From the human T2T-CHM13v2.0 reference genome, Homo sapiens, in NCBI RefSeq assembly GCF_009914755.1, contig NC_060933.1: a stretch of 64,000 nucleotides of DNA; one strand, 5' to 3'. Positions 1 to 13,387 of the stretch are shown here, in pieces. The notes under the pieces are model-generated. The model searched no databases and was not told the DNA's origin. It saw only the letters and a program-made list of their open reading frames with translations. The position numbers were made by a program, and so were the translations under genes. Position 1 is the stretch's first letter; each line of letters begins with the position of its first letter.

Positions 1-1219
1 AAAAAAAAAGGATGTAGGGCTGAGGAAACAGAAAAATAAAAGAGACCTGAGAATTATGCTTAGGAAACCTATTGATATGTATGATATATAATTCTGCCCA
101 AAAAAACATAGCTCAAAGGCCTATTTGGTTCCAGCGGAAATTAAATTTTGAAAAAGGAGGCAAAACGTAAAAAGCATTTGACTGTTGAAGTTTTTGATCA
201 TTCAAGCTTTAAAACACCTCTTAAGCTTCTCAAATTGTACGAGTAGGAATTAGGCTGTAAACCTGAAATGAAAGCAGAAAGGGGCTGTTGGCCCTTGACT
301 TTGGAGAGGGATGAGTGTGTGTTTGTGTGGAGGAAAACCGGAAGATACAGCTGAAGTTGAGCCTGATCTGCTCAACTGCATCTCTTTCCACTTTACCGAG
401 TTCACACGGCACTTCCCTTGGTATCAGGAGAAGCCCTGTGAATGTTAACAGAGGCTTATGCTTCCCAAGCCCCCATGTGTGGGATGCCATACTTCTTCTT
501 CAGTGACCTGAAAGGACATGTGCTTAGGATTGTAGGTCAGTAAGGCATACGAGCCTGGGTCTCTGAATCCCTGTGTGGAGCAGAGCCTCCCCAGAAACAG
601 GTGTATTAATTCTGAACAAAATATAAATGTGTATTGCCTAACTTCTTGTTATAAGGGAAATTATTTATTTTCTCATTGCATTTATTTTTGTCACAGCAGC
701 TGGTGTTACTTTAATTAAATCAAGTGTCTTCCCTATTGGCCTCAAGCCAACACCACCTTTTCCTCAACTTCCTCTCATAATTCATTGAGGAAAGAGAAAC
801 AGGAACCAGCAAGTCAACCCCTTTGCCTCACCAAATCTGAACGCATGTTTTAGGGCTAATCACTTGTGAAGTGATGAAAGTGTCCCTCCTCCCATCACAG
901 CAAACTTCCACCAGTTGTGTTGTGGGTCCTATCTCTAACTGTTGAAGGACTTTTTACTGTAGATGGCCCTTCTGCCTGCATTGTCATCTCTCTCCCTTCA
1001 TTGTGTCATTTCTCTCAGCAGAGAAATGTTATCCATTCATTATTTCCCTGATGAGAAATTATCTGTTCCCAATTTCAGCAACATTTCTCAAAGGAATTTT
1101 CTGCCTCCATTGTATCCCCTCTTTATTGTTTCACTTTAAGAAAAAAAAAATGTATATATGTAATATATGTATTTATATGCACACACACATTACTAGTGAG
1201 CATGATAGCTGGTACAACA

Positions 1220-1790
1220 ATGTTGGAAATAACTGACACCAAACATATGCACGCCCTATAATCAAGAAATTCCATTTTTAAGCACATATCTAAAAGAAAT
1301 GTATACATGTGTGCACCAAAAGGTGCATACAAAAGTCTTCCTAGTAGCCAAAATCTGGAAGCAGCACATGGCTATGAGGACAAATGAATAAATAGGTTGT
1401 GAGATATTTATGTACAGAAATACTACTCAGCACTGAAAATTAATGAATACTGTTATGAGGACTAGCAGGGATGAGTCTCACAGACATAATGTTAAGTGAC
1501 AGAAGCCTGATGTAAAAGACTATATATCCTATGACTCTATTTCCATTTATACATTGTTCAAAATTAGGCAAATCAAATTTCTGGCATTACAGAGCAGGAG
1601 GAAGGGGTCATGATTAGAAGGAGTAAGAAGAAGCCTTCTGGAGTCTAAAAATGTTCTATTTCTTGATCTGGTTGTAACCAGTTGGGTTAATTTTGTGATA
1701 ATCCATTGAGCAATACATTTAATGAATTGTATCTGTTTTGTAGAGATGTTGTACTTCCGCATATCTGACTTTTTTAAAGGTAATAAAATA
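1220..1790 (+). mobile_element. Old L1 (L1M/L1ME-type) 3' end fragment
   Basis: L1 3'UTR-like phrases: caagaaattccatt, aaatgaataaataggttgtg, aaaattaggcaaatc, aatgttctatttcttgatctgg. Confidence 0.6.
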
Positions 1791-2249
1791 TGATAAATAA
1801 TGCTGTTGTATCCTTTGTCAATTCTTCCCAGATCCATCTCCCTCACTCCACACAGGCAAGCATTAATATGAGTTTATTATTCATCCTCCTAATCTATTAT
1901 GATATTATTATGTCTGCATATGTATGAAGATATGTATGTTTTTGTCATAAAATAATATACATAACTAATACTGTTCTGCAACTTACTTTTTTATGTATCA
2001 TGGCTTTTGAGTTCTATGTATTTATCCTTATGCATTTGTATAATGTATTCCTTTTAACTACTCTATCCTATCACAGCACATTGTATCTACCCATTCCACT
2101 ATTGATGGGCATCAATCCTCTTTCATGCTTTCCCTGCCATGAAAGCAGTTTGTCAGTGAGCGTACTCCTTTTCATCTCGCAGTGCCCACAGGAACAGGTC
2201 AGCTGGCACAGCCATGTGGGATGAATGAAGAAGGACCAGACTTACAAGT

Positions 2250-2625
2250 GTGATTCAAATAAAAGAGTTTGATATGGGGAGGCTATCCTGGATTATGCAG
2301 TTGGGCCTGATGTAATCACAAGAGTCCTTGTAGAAAGGGCACATGGGATCAGAGTGATTACTAGGAAATGCTACAACAGAAGAAAAAGCTATTGTGATGA
2401 GAGGAAGGGTCTCAAGCCAAGGAACGCAGGTGGCCTCTTGCAGCTGAAAGAGGCAGGGAAACAGATTCTCCCTCATGGCCTCCGGAATGCGCCAGCCTTG
2501 CCGATTTCAGCCCAGTGAAGCTCATTTTGGACTTCTGATCTCCAGAACAGTACAAGAATAAATTTATATTGTTTTAAGCTACTAAGTTTGTGGCAATTTG
2601 TTACAGCAACAATAGAGAACAAATA
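2250..2625 (+). mobile_element. MaLR LTR (MLT1-type)
   Basis: tatcctggattat...gtaatcacaagagtcc...aagccaaggaac...acagattctcc...ggacttctgatctccagaac...tttgttacagcaacaatag. Confidence 0.75.
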
Positions 2626-3707
2626 CAGAAGGAGAGAGGAGAATTTGGGTCACCCACACTTCAATCATTAGAATTTCTGCCTCATGATAAAGAGGTCATG
2701 TTACATTTAACTTCACAAGTTTCCTCTACAACTTCGAAGAAAATGTGCCCCCTAATAGGTAGAAAGCTGCATAAATGTTGCTCTGGCTTCTCATAAACAC
2801 ACACACACCAATGATCCCGGTGGGTCTTCAGGTCAGGTCACAGGCCACACCACCTCTGTGTCCCTGCTCTACATTCCTCTGTGAGGTGTGCTGAAGGCAA
2901 TGGAGGTGTGCGTCACCATTCTCAGCCTCTTCCACTCCGGGGCTGATGCTGTTGTTGCTTTGTTGGTTTAAATGGTGTCCATTTTCTGCCATGTGGCATT
3001 TAAATACATGATTCTTTGATCTTCAGTTAGAGAGAGGAGAAGAGGCTCTTATGAACTATGTGAAGCTTTGCTGAGGCAAAGCTGCCAGGCGTAATCTGTG
3101 GCCTTATTTTTTCAGTTTCTTATCCTAACATGACCTCCTTGCTCTATTGCTCACATTACTACTTGAAAGTGATTCTTCAAATATTATATTAACTTGCACT
3201 GAACCAGTGCTTTTTAAATTTTATTTATTTTTAGGAAAACAATTTGAAAGTGTTTCTTGTAATACCTATTATTAATCTTTTGAAATACAGCCATTATTTC
3301 ATTAGGTAGATACTGGAACAAGATATGTACATACATAAAGAGGAAGGGAGGAAGAGAGGAGAGAGAGAGCAAACACCACTCGCTAGGAAATAGTCTTTCT
3401 GAGAAAATCAAACCCGAATCTGATCTAGCCTCCATACTCAATTATCTAATACAGGAAATGCATAGGACAGAGAAACATATTAAATGATATCCCAGACAAT
3501 CAGGAAACAATCCAGATTCATGCACACATAAATATCAAAAGATACAAGAAATAAAAACTGGAGGAGGAAGCTGCAATGGACATTATTTGGATTTCAATAA
3601 ATTTCAAATAATCATTTCAAAGAATCAAAGTGTAAGAGAACCACATTTGTAAGACAATTTACAATTTGAACATTGGGTGGATGGATGCACAGATACAGAT
3701 AAAAGGA

Positions 3708-3723
3708 GATAGATGGATGGATG

Positions 3724-3762
<39 letters not shown>

Positions 3763-3790
3763 TGATAGACAAATAGATACATAGACAGAG
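3708..3790. repeat. (GATG)n/(GATA)n tetranucleotide microsatellite
   Basis: Directly visible: gatagatggatggatggatagatagatag... Confidence 0.95.
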
Positions 3791-3849
3791 AAATAGACAA
3801 TTAGGGTCACACCCTTCACCCTACTCACTAATAAGTAGACTATAAAGCA

Positions 3850-4015
3850 GAGCTTGTCAAGCTTTGATGTGCTTATGAATTAATGAGGGATTCTGTTAAA
3901 AATCAGATTCTGAGTGAGTAGGTCTAGCGCAGGCCCAAGGTTCTGCATTTCCAACAGGCTCCCAGGTGATGCTGTCACTGCTGGTCTGTGGCCCACACTT
4001 TGTACAAGTAGCAAG
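3850..4015. mobile_element. MER5-type hAT DNA-transposon relic
   Basis: cagattctga...taggtct...ctgcatttccaacaggctcccaggtgatgctg...ccacacttt. Confidence 0.7.
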
Positions 4016-4569
4016 AGTATACAGATTAAAAGTTGAGCCAGACTAGGTGATATTGGGCAAATTATTAAACTCCTGAGAATGTTTTTATAATACTAAGCTA
4101 TAGAGCTGTTGTAAGACCTGAACTCGATCTTGTGCTCAAAGCTCTTGGCCATTAGTTTTGTTATAATTACCTTCTAACTGTCTCTTTTTTCTCTGTTGAG
4201 CTGGATTCATTGCCTATCTTAATGCAATTACGTGAGTTTATATATTATATATATCTTTTTCATTTAAATAGTATAAATGAGTATTTTCCCACATAATTAA
4301 AAATTCCTGATAAAAGTATTATTGTCATTATTATTAACAATAGTAGTAGTAGTAAAATTTGCATATGCTTTTAAAAACACACACGTTAAAAAAGGACCCG
4401 AATAAAAAGTAATAGCCTCTTTCCTGCCATTCACAACCTCTGTCTCCAGAGACAACCACTATCAACATTTTCTATCTTCAGTTTTTTGGTGTTGATCCCT
4501 ATAACTCAATAAAATACAATATACACATTCTGTTATTTCTTGTTTAAACTTCAGACAGGGCTATTATTA

Positions 4570-5500
4570 AGGATAAGACATGTGGCATATAAATAAATTA
4601 AGTCACTATTTTGAAAACTGGTAAGTAAAGGGGAAAAGTCATTCATTTCCTATACGGAGTCTACCGCTGGCTAGCCAAGGAGTAGATGAGTCAGAGTTTC
4701 TCCTTACATGTATATTCCAGCTAATGAGTGAGAAGGAAAGATAAAATTAGAATGGTGCCATTTTATAATCCTAATAATTATTTAGACATTAAACATCAGA
4801 ACAGCCAATATCACAAAAGAAGACAATCAGAGAGTATGTGGCTTCTGATGGAAAAGTCCATCAGCAACTGTAAAGTAGTCTGTCAAAATAAATAATCTGA
4901 ATCTTTTCAAGTCTCTAGATCCAACTACAATTTATAAGTAGAGAGGACAGGAAAAATGTTAAATTTGACACCACCCAAAGACAATAATCAGAATCCAGAA
5001 CGTGGGAAGGTATTGAACAAATGGGCAGATTTTTTCAACAACGAATTGGAAGGGGGAGAAAATGAGAAGAAGATCAAGGATAAAAAATATGTAAAGGGCC
5101 TATCATCAAGACCAATGGGTGCATTTTATTTGGATCCTGACTCAAACATGGTAAGAAAAATCTAGATAATGATGACATTTATGAAAGAATAGAAAATGTG
5201 AATGCAAATTGAATTTTAATCATATTAATAAATTATTGTTCACTTTTTGTTGTGATCATATTATTTTCACTATGTTTTTAGCCATCCTTATCTTTAAATG
5301 TTCGGAAGTAGTTATACCTGAAATGACATGATACCTTGAATTTGCTTCAAAATAATACAGGGTGAGAGAAATGGGTGGGAATATAGATGAAGTAAGGTTG
5401 TCCATGAATTGATAATTTTTGAAGGTGGGTGATGGGTATATGGAGGCTTTCTATTTTATATGTTTATATTTTTTTGTAATAAGAATTTTTAAAGTTTTAA
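4570..5500 (+). mobile_element. Old L1 (L1MC-type) 3' fragment
   Basis: tttggatcctgactcaaac, gaatttgcttcaaaataata, ccatgaattgataattttt, ggtgatgggtatatgg. Confidence 0.55.
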
Positions 5501-5789
5501 AGAAAGTATATCTAAAGGTTAACAATTTTTAAATCTAAGTGGTGGGTAATAGTGTTTATCAAAATACTTTTTTTTGTATTTTCCTGTTTGAAATATATAT
5601 AATTAATAATATGCAATAAAATAATAAAACAAGAGAAATAATAACTAACCAAAAAAAAATTTAGCTTATCTACTACTTCATCCTTTCTCTTCTTCCCAGA
5701 CACCCTCATTTTTTTGTATGGTAATATTATTCTTATTTTTAGTGTTTCTTCTGAGTGGATTTATGAATTTAAAATTTTATTCAATCTGA

Positions 5790-6980
5790 TCCTGGAGAGA
5801 ATACAGAATCTGACCCCCCAAAATCTAAGTCTATCACAAATATATGAGGAAATGTCACTGAAGGGAATTAGGGGAAAAGTTTTAACCTAAGTAACTTTGG
5901 GGGAAAAAAATAGAGTCTGTAAGACTAAAGGCAAAAAAAAAAACACTGTGCATAACACTGTACTGTGGCTGATAAAGTTTTTTCTCACTCGGGTGCAGAT
6001 TATCAATGCTGATACTACTATACATGTGTGCTGCAATGGGACAATTAAGCAAATGGATAGAAGACAACTGGAGCCAGGTTGCTCACAACTGGGGGCCATG
6101 AGTTACAGATAAGTAAGAGAAGGGGGTTAGAATGATGTTTCGTTGATAATGCATTAGAGTTGTGGACACAGCATAAATATTAGGCAGAAATGTTAGGCAT
6201 ATAGCATATGTTAGGCAGAAATTATGTTCTGCCTAACATAAATACAGATGGTTACAAATAGAAATATTCACAGATGTGTATATATAGATTGGATCATACA
6301 CACACATGTATTTTCTTGCTTTGTCAGCTGAGAGGGTCTAGAAGCAACAAACCCCAGTAGCAATGAATACATATAGTGCCCAGATCTTGGTTTCTAATAC
6401 CATTCTCAATAAAAGAAAACAGGGATCCTTGGAGAAATGGCTGATCCTAGGACTAGGACAGAAAATATACAAGACAAGCCTGGAGCATCTTGTAGTACAA
6501 ACAAGTAAGAAAGTGCTCAAAAACAAAACAAAATGACGGGAGTATGTCCATGAATCTTAAAGTCAACTGAAAACTCCCAGTGGCCAAAACTGGAACAATT
6601 TGAGCAAAAATAAGTAAATAAAGTGATGTTGGCTTATAGCACAATGTATAAAATAAATATCCACATGTCCATTCTAATATGAATAAATGATGGGATAATA
6701 AATACATGCAGAATAGATAAATATTCTATGCAGAAGAATTTCAAATAATGTATATAGATAGCCACCCCCAGGGTAATAAAGCATTACTCTGCATTTAAGT
6801 GTGGGCAGCATACAGTGACTCCCTTCCAAAGGGTACAATATGGAAAATGGAGAGAAAAAAAAACAACATAACTTTAGAGCGGAGAAACCTCACCAATGCT
6901 ACTCAGCCACGTGGTCAAAATGAACATCAATAGTGATGTCATGTTGATAATATGTACCCTTGAGATGATGTTTATTAAAA
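5790..6980 (+). mobile_element. Old L1 (L1MC/MD-type) 3' region
   Basis: cccagatcttggtttctaataccattctcaataaaagaaaacagggatccttggagaaatggctga and tggccaaaactggaacaatttgagca. Confidence 0.65.
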
Positions 6981-8146
6981 TTTTTATTTAAAAAATATAT
7001 GTATACAGATATGTATATATACATTACATATAGCTATATTTACTGACTTATTAGCTTTCTAATGTGATTAAATCATTTCCTTCTAGCATATTTGACTGTT
7101 TTCTTCCTTTTCTCTCTCCTGCCATCCCAATTTTTGTTGGTTTTATTGTTTACTATGTTTTAAAGTTTCCAACATATACATTCCATTTTGAAACTATACT
7201 TATTTCTTTAAAAATTTGCCTATAGATTAGTTATAAGAATGAAAAACTAAAACATGGCAATCACAATATTAACACTGTAGAAATATTTATGTAGAACTAC
7301 ATAGTATTGTTTGAGGGATATGAAAGGAAACAATGTTTTGTCTCTTTCCTAATTAAAATAAATCCTTTAAAAAAATTCCTTTTAGCTTTATTTCACTTCT
7401 TCCTTAACTAAATCTTTTACACTGTTATATTGTTTATATTGTCTCTCTCTCCTTTTTTTAACCTTAATGCTGTCTCAACAATTTTTAATTCATACAAGGT
7501 TCACAGGTAAACAGTTACTTTTTACATATCAGATAATGTTTTACTTTATTATTTTTGACATTGTTATTATTCTTACAATTTTTCTTTCATTTTTGTTTTG
7601 TTTTGTTTTCTCCATCTAGAAATCCTCTTAGATAAACTCTGGGATTCCTGGATGAGGGTATCTACATTCCTAAGCTTTTCACCCTTACTGTCCCATTCTT
7701 CCTTTTTCCTTTAACACCTTTGAAGAGTTTCTCAACATCTTCCCAATTATTGATTCTATCTCTGGCTGTTTTCTCTTATTCATGCAGCCCCTTTACAAAT
7801 GTTTTCAGTCTGGCAATATTTTAATCTCCAAACATACTTTACTATTTATTCTCCTGCTGTTCTCTTTCCATGGCAAACTTGTATTATTTTAATAATAATA
7901 CCAGACCTCTTAAAACTCTGTGAAGATTCTAATTCAAATTAGTTAAATGTTTTTTTTTCTTTTTTTTTTTTCTGGATTATTCCTCCAGCAAAAGTTTGGT
8001 TTTGTTTGCTTTATTTTGTTAATTTATCATAAATCTTTTATTTCCTTAAATGTCTGATGATTTGTGGTTTATTCTTATAAATGAGAAGCTACTTTAATTA
8101 CTATTGATTTTTTGAGTCTCTTTTTTTAAACATAAACATTTTTGTA

Positions 8147-8532
<386 letters not shown>

Positions 8533-11369
8533 TTATTCCTACTTGTCATCAGTTTTTTTAACTTCATCTTCACCATTCTTGATTTTTCTATTAGCATTAT
8601 TTGCTGACCAGCAGAGTACTAACTAGAATACACTATTGCAGGATGTAAATAATAAAACTTACATGGGTTAGGTATTTCATTTTGATTTCTATACACTAAA
8701 ATTCATACAATAAAATTCTGAGACAAACCTGATATCCGTTTCTTTACAGAAAACCTTTTTGGCTTGTTAATGTATTTTTTATTCTTGAAAGAAAAATACA
8801 TTCAAGTTTTCTGTGTTCATTTATAGTTAATTAATTTTGCCTAGAATTCAGCTGCCATTTAGATCTATAGTTTTGCCTCTTTCTTTAAACTAGGCCTATA
8901 ATTCATTTAGCATTGCTTTTGCTATAAATATTCAGCTTTCTCCCTCTGAGATCCATCTCATATCCTAGACTGGCACCCCTGAAACACGTTCTTCTTTCTG
9001 TGCCTCCCCTCTGTTTCATACATGGCCTCTGCGCTGCCTTGCCCAGGGGAAGAGCTCAGAAGCTTGACAGAGGGAAGGACGGAACACCCTGAGGGTATTT
9101 TTTTTTTCCTGTTTTTGGATTTGCCCTTCTCTTCCTCCTTTAACTCCACTCTTTCTGTGCTCATTAGAGTCAGTCTCTATGAGTGGAGTCTCTGCCCCAC
9201 AGACACCGTGTATAATCTGCAAACCTGCTCTTTCCCCAAATCCAGCCCCTGGAGGCTATTTAAGGGGCCATGGTCTGTTGTGTTCTAAAACTCCTAAGCA
9301 CAAGAGAAAAACAGGTGTGTAGAATATTTCTCGGCATGACTATCAGGTGAAAAATGAGTGAAACAGCAGAAATATTTGTAGATGCCTCATTTCCACTAAC
9401 ATACTTGAGGATGTGGCAACAGTCATTTGTATTTTCTTACTTCCTTGAGTAGACACAGACCTCCAGGGAAACCTGTGTATTGTAAGGCATTTCTCTTTCA
9501 CAGAGTTGCATCCTGTTTTCTCACACTTTAACACTTTAATGTCCAGGCAATTGGTGGTGATTTTCACTTCAATTAAAAATGAATTAGAAAGTAAGCTTAG
9601 CTCTAGCACATATAACCAATGAAAATATGACCAGGCAAGGAAGTGAGTGCTCCCTCAGGCACTGACTGAACTCACAAGCAATGTCACCTTGTCACATTCT
9701 TGACACCAAAAATCTGCCTGTGAATCTTAGTCCACCTGTTTATTAGCTACCAAACACCAAGTGAAAACATAGAAGCAAAACCAAAACAAAAGAATAAACT
9801 ATAGAGACACCGCTCAATAAGATAAAAATATGTCCACAAATCTTAGGACTGGTTAGGAAATGGGAGAGTGAAGCAGGGCATAGGGAATACAGAAAGTCTG
9901 AGACATGCTCATCGTTAAAAATAGTTTGGACACTAGGAGACAAAAAGGTGAAAACGATACCTGTGTGTGTTGGTAATAAACTCTGGATCTTATCAACTGC
10001 ATTACATTGATTTCAGGATTGTAACAATCAATATATGTTAACCTAGAAAGTATGCATTTCAATGAAAAATGTAAAGGGTTTGAAGTCACTGTAAATCTTA
10101 TTGTATTTCATTTACTATGGATTTTTTTTAAATTGTACTTTCTTTAACTTGAAATAAAAGAGTTTGGTTAAAGCCTTGTATTTCCTGGAAATCCACATGT
10201 AATGTCCGGTGATGGGGCCTGAGTGTAAATGTGAGGTATCTTCATGAATACTCAGATGTAATGAGGATGCAGAGAGATTGTGACACCTGCCCTTCTGCAC
10301 TGGATGGATAATTATACTTTAATTAGAACATAATTTTTTTGTATTCCCGGAAGGAACATACACTCTGTAGGAACCAAATTGAATAGTAAGTAATAAAGTT
10401 GTAATTAAATTGATAGTTGGTTATACCCCACTGTGAGCATTGGACACGATGCTTAGGTTTTCTACAATATTTTCTGTAGAGCTCTCATGGGGTCCAGAGG
10501 ACATTTTGCAATATACAAGGCAGTTATTATCATGAAAAGCAAGTCACTTAAGATTCCTAAACATTCTCACATGATGTACCCTTTTGTTTGTAATTGGACT
10601 TTTGCTGTCAGAAGCAATTGTGTGTTTTAAGGGAAAGGCTCACTTAGGACTGCTAAGCTGATTCAAGAAGTTGGTCATGGATTCTGAAGTTCAAGACCGC
10701 AGCACAAAATGAAAAATCATTTTGTCTAGACACACAGCTAAGGTGATCCCCTAAACAATAGCCCTGCCAAACCCAGCAGCCCAAGCCTGAGACAATTTTG
10801 AAGAGGAGCCAGTTTTCTTTAAGGCAATTTCTTTACTCAACTCTCCTGCCCTTCTTTTCTGCCTCTTTTTCTAGAATCTAGAGCATCCACAGAGTCTCCT
10901 TCTACCACATTCAGTCTCATAAATTTTCCTCTATCAATCATTTTTAGCTTGGAGTAATTTAAATTACTTGTTCTAGGGATAGTGGTTTTAGGCTCTATTT
11001 TTAAAGCCAGAGGGTAGAGGGCCTTTCCTGCGACTTTTGTGACTACAGCACATGGCCTTTAACTACATTAGCCTGACTAGGGCAACCAGAACTAAAAGTT
11101 CTCAGAATTACAGAGATAAACCACAGGCCTGTCTTTTCAAAGCTAATAATTGTATACAGAACATCTCAAGTAGTAAAGCACAAAGAGATGCTTTTGCATC
11201 TGTACCATCTTCCCATGTCAAAAATACTGTCAGACCCAAATTGGACTTTTTTGACAAGAAAGAAAAAAAAAAAAAAGAAAAGAAAACAACTGTACTGTTT
11301 GGAAAAAAACACATGTGAACTAAAGAGAGATCTACACATTGTAGAATATGCAATCAGTGGACAATTAGC

Positions 11370-11925
11370 CAGTATTTAATTATCTGTTGCTACATAACCA
11401 CCTTCTCCAAAATTGAGTGGATTATAATATTTATTATCTCCCAGTTTCTATGGTTCAAAAACCCAATCATGACTAGCTGTGTCTCAGGGCTCCTCCGGAA
11501 GCTGCAGTCAAGGTGTTGGCCGGGGCTGTGGCCATCTCAGGTTCTGTTTCTAAAGTCTCTGGCCCGGTTGTTCACAGGATTCATGCCTTTCAGGCTGTTG
11601 GATTAATGGCCTTTGTTTCTCACTTGCTGTTGGCTAGAAGCATCCCTCAGTTCCTTGCCACATGGGCCTCTCTTTAGGACAGTCACACCAGCAGCCTGGG
11701 GCTCATCAGTGTGGGCAAGAGAAAAGAGCCATGGAGAGCATCTGAGCAAGACAGAGGTTAGAGTCTCCTGCTGCTGCTGTCAGAAGTGGCTTCCTATCGT
11801 TATGGCCATATTTTATTAGTCAGAAGCAAGTCACATGATCCAGTCCTCACTCAGGGGTGAGGATCACACAGAGTGTGAGTACTGGGAAGTGGAGATCACT
11901 GGGAGCCATTTTAGAGGCTGCCAAC
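11370..11925 (-). mobile_element. MaLR LTR (MLT1-type)
   Basis: ttatctgttgctacataacc...gctgcagtcaaggtgttggccgggg...cagaagcaagtcac...gccattttagaggctgcc. Confidence 0.7.
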
Positions 11926-11977
11926 TAGAGCTTAACATAATGAAAAACAGGCACATTATGAAGAAATAAAATTCTTA

Positions 11978-12274
11978 GGCTGGGTGTGGTGGCTCACACC
12001 TTTAATCTCAGTGCTTTGGGCGGCAAAGGTGAGAGGATCACATGAGGCCAGGAATTTGAGAACATCCTGGGCTACACAGTGGGACCCTATCTCCACAAAA
12101 AGAATTTAAAAATTAGCCAGGCATGGTGGCACATGCCTGGGAGGCTGAGGTGGGGGGATCCCTTGACCCCAGGAGTATGAGGCTGTAGTGAGCTATAGTG
12201 AGCTACTATCATACCACCACACTCCAGCCTGGGTGACAGAGCAACACTCTGTCTCTATAAAAGAAAAAAGAAAG
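11978..12274 (+). mobile_element. Alu, AluJ-like
   Basis: Diverged dimeric Alu. TSD gaaataaaattct on both sides. Confidence 0.9.
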
Positions 12275-12295
12275 GAAATAAAATTCTCATATTGG

Positions 12296-12618
12296 GTGCC
12301 TTAGTTTGTTTTTGCTGCAATAACAAAATGCCTGACTGGGTAATTTATAGTAAATAGAAATGTATTGACTCATTGTTTTGGAAGCTGGAAAATTCAAGAT
12401 TGAGGGGCTGGCATCTGGCAAGGACCTTTATGCTACGTCATCTCATGGCTAAGGCAAGAAAGGCCTGAATGCATCCTCTTACAATGGCATTAATTCCACC
12501 TGTGGGGCTGCACCCCTCTTGACCTAATCACCTTTTAAGGGCATCATCTCTTAATACTATTACAATGGCAATTAAATTTCAACATGAGTTTTGGAGGGAA
12601 CAAACATTCAAGCCATAG
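12296..12618 (-). mobile_element. MaLR LTR (MST/MLT1A-type)
   Basis: cttagtttgtttttgctgcaataacaaaatgcc...tttcaacatgagttttggagggaacaaacattcaagccatag. Confidence 0.75.
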
Positions 12619-13387
12619 AATTGAGTAAAAACTTCTTGAGGTTCCTTATACCAGTGTCCTCCTTACAGACCATCATCATCCTCAGACTCAATCAAATACA
12701 GCAAAACTGACTTCTTTCTTTTCTGTTCCTAATGGAAAATAACAGTGAAGTACTGTTTAAAATAAGTCACTCAATGACAAAAGTCAATCATAAACACAGA
12801 GAGAACATCTTAATATTATGACTCAAAATAACAATATTGATAAAATACTTTTCAGAATAACAACTTACATCATAAAATGAAATATACTAGCTGACCAAAG
12901 ATCTCATTAAATTAGAGAAAGGCAATTTAAGATTTTAATGAATTACTGTTTTTCTTTATCTCTTTAAGACTAAAGAAAAATATTGAGAATACACATAAAT
13001 ATTTTTTAAGTTTAAAAGAATATACACCTATAATGAATTGAAGAATGGGATTGGAGAAGATTGGAGATGACATAATCTGTACTATTATAATATGTAATGG
13101 TGTGTATTTTATCATTTGAATACATTTTTAATAAAAAGGCATTCAATACAAGGAAATGTAGCTCATAAGCCTGTTTATTCATATATAGTTATTTAACTAT
13201 GAATTCGAAGAGCCTGTAGCATTCCAGTGTTTGCCATGGTACTAAAGATGTTGTGTTAAACGCTAAATGAAACCAGGACATCTGCCCCAGGGGGCGTTCA
13301 TACAGGAAAGCGCTCTGGTCTATTGTACTTGGCTGTGTTTGTAACGGTTGCATCTCTAAAGCCTCATAGACACCAATAAAGTGAAAG

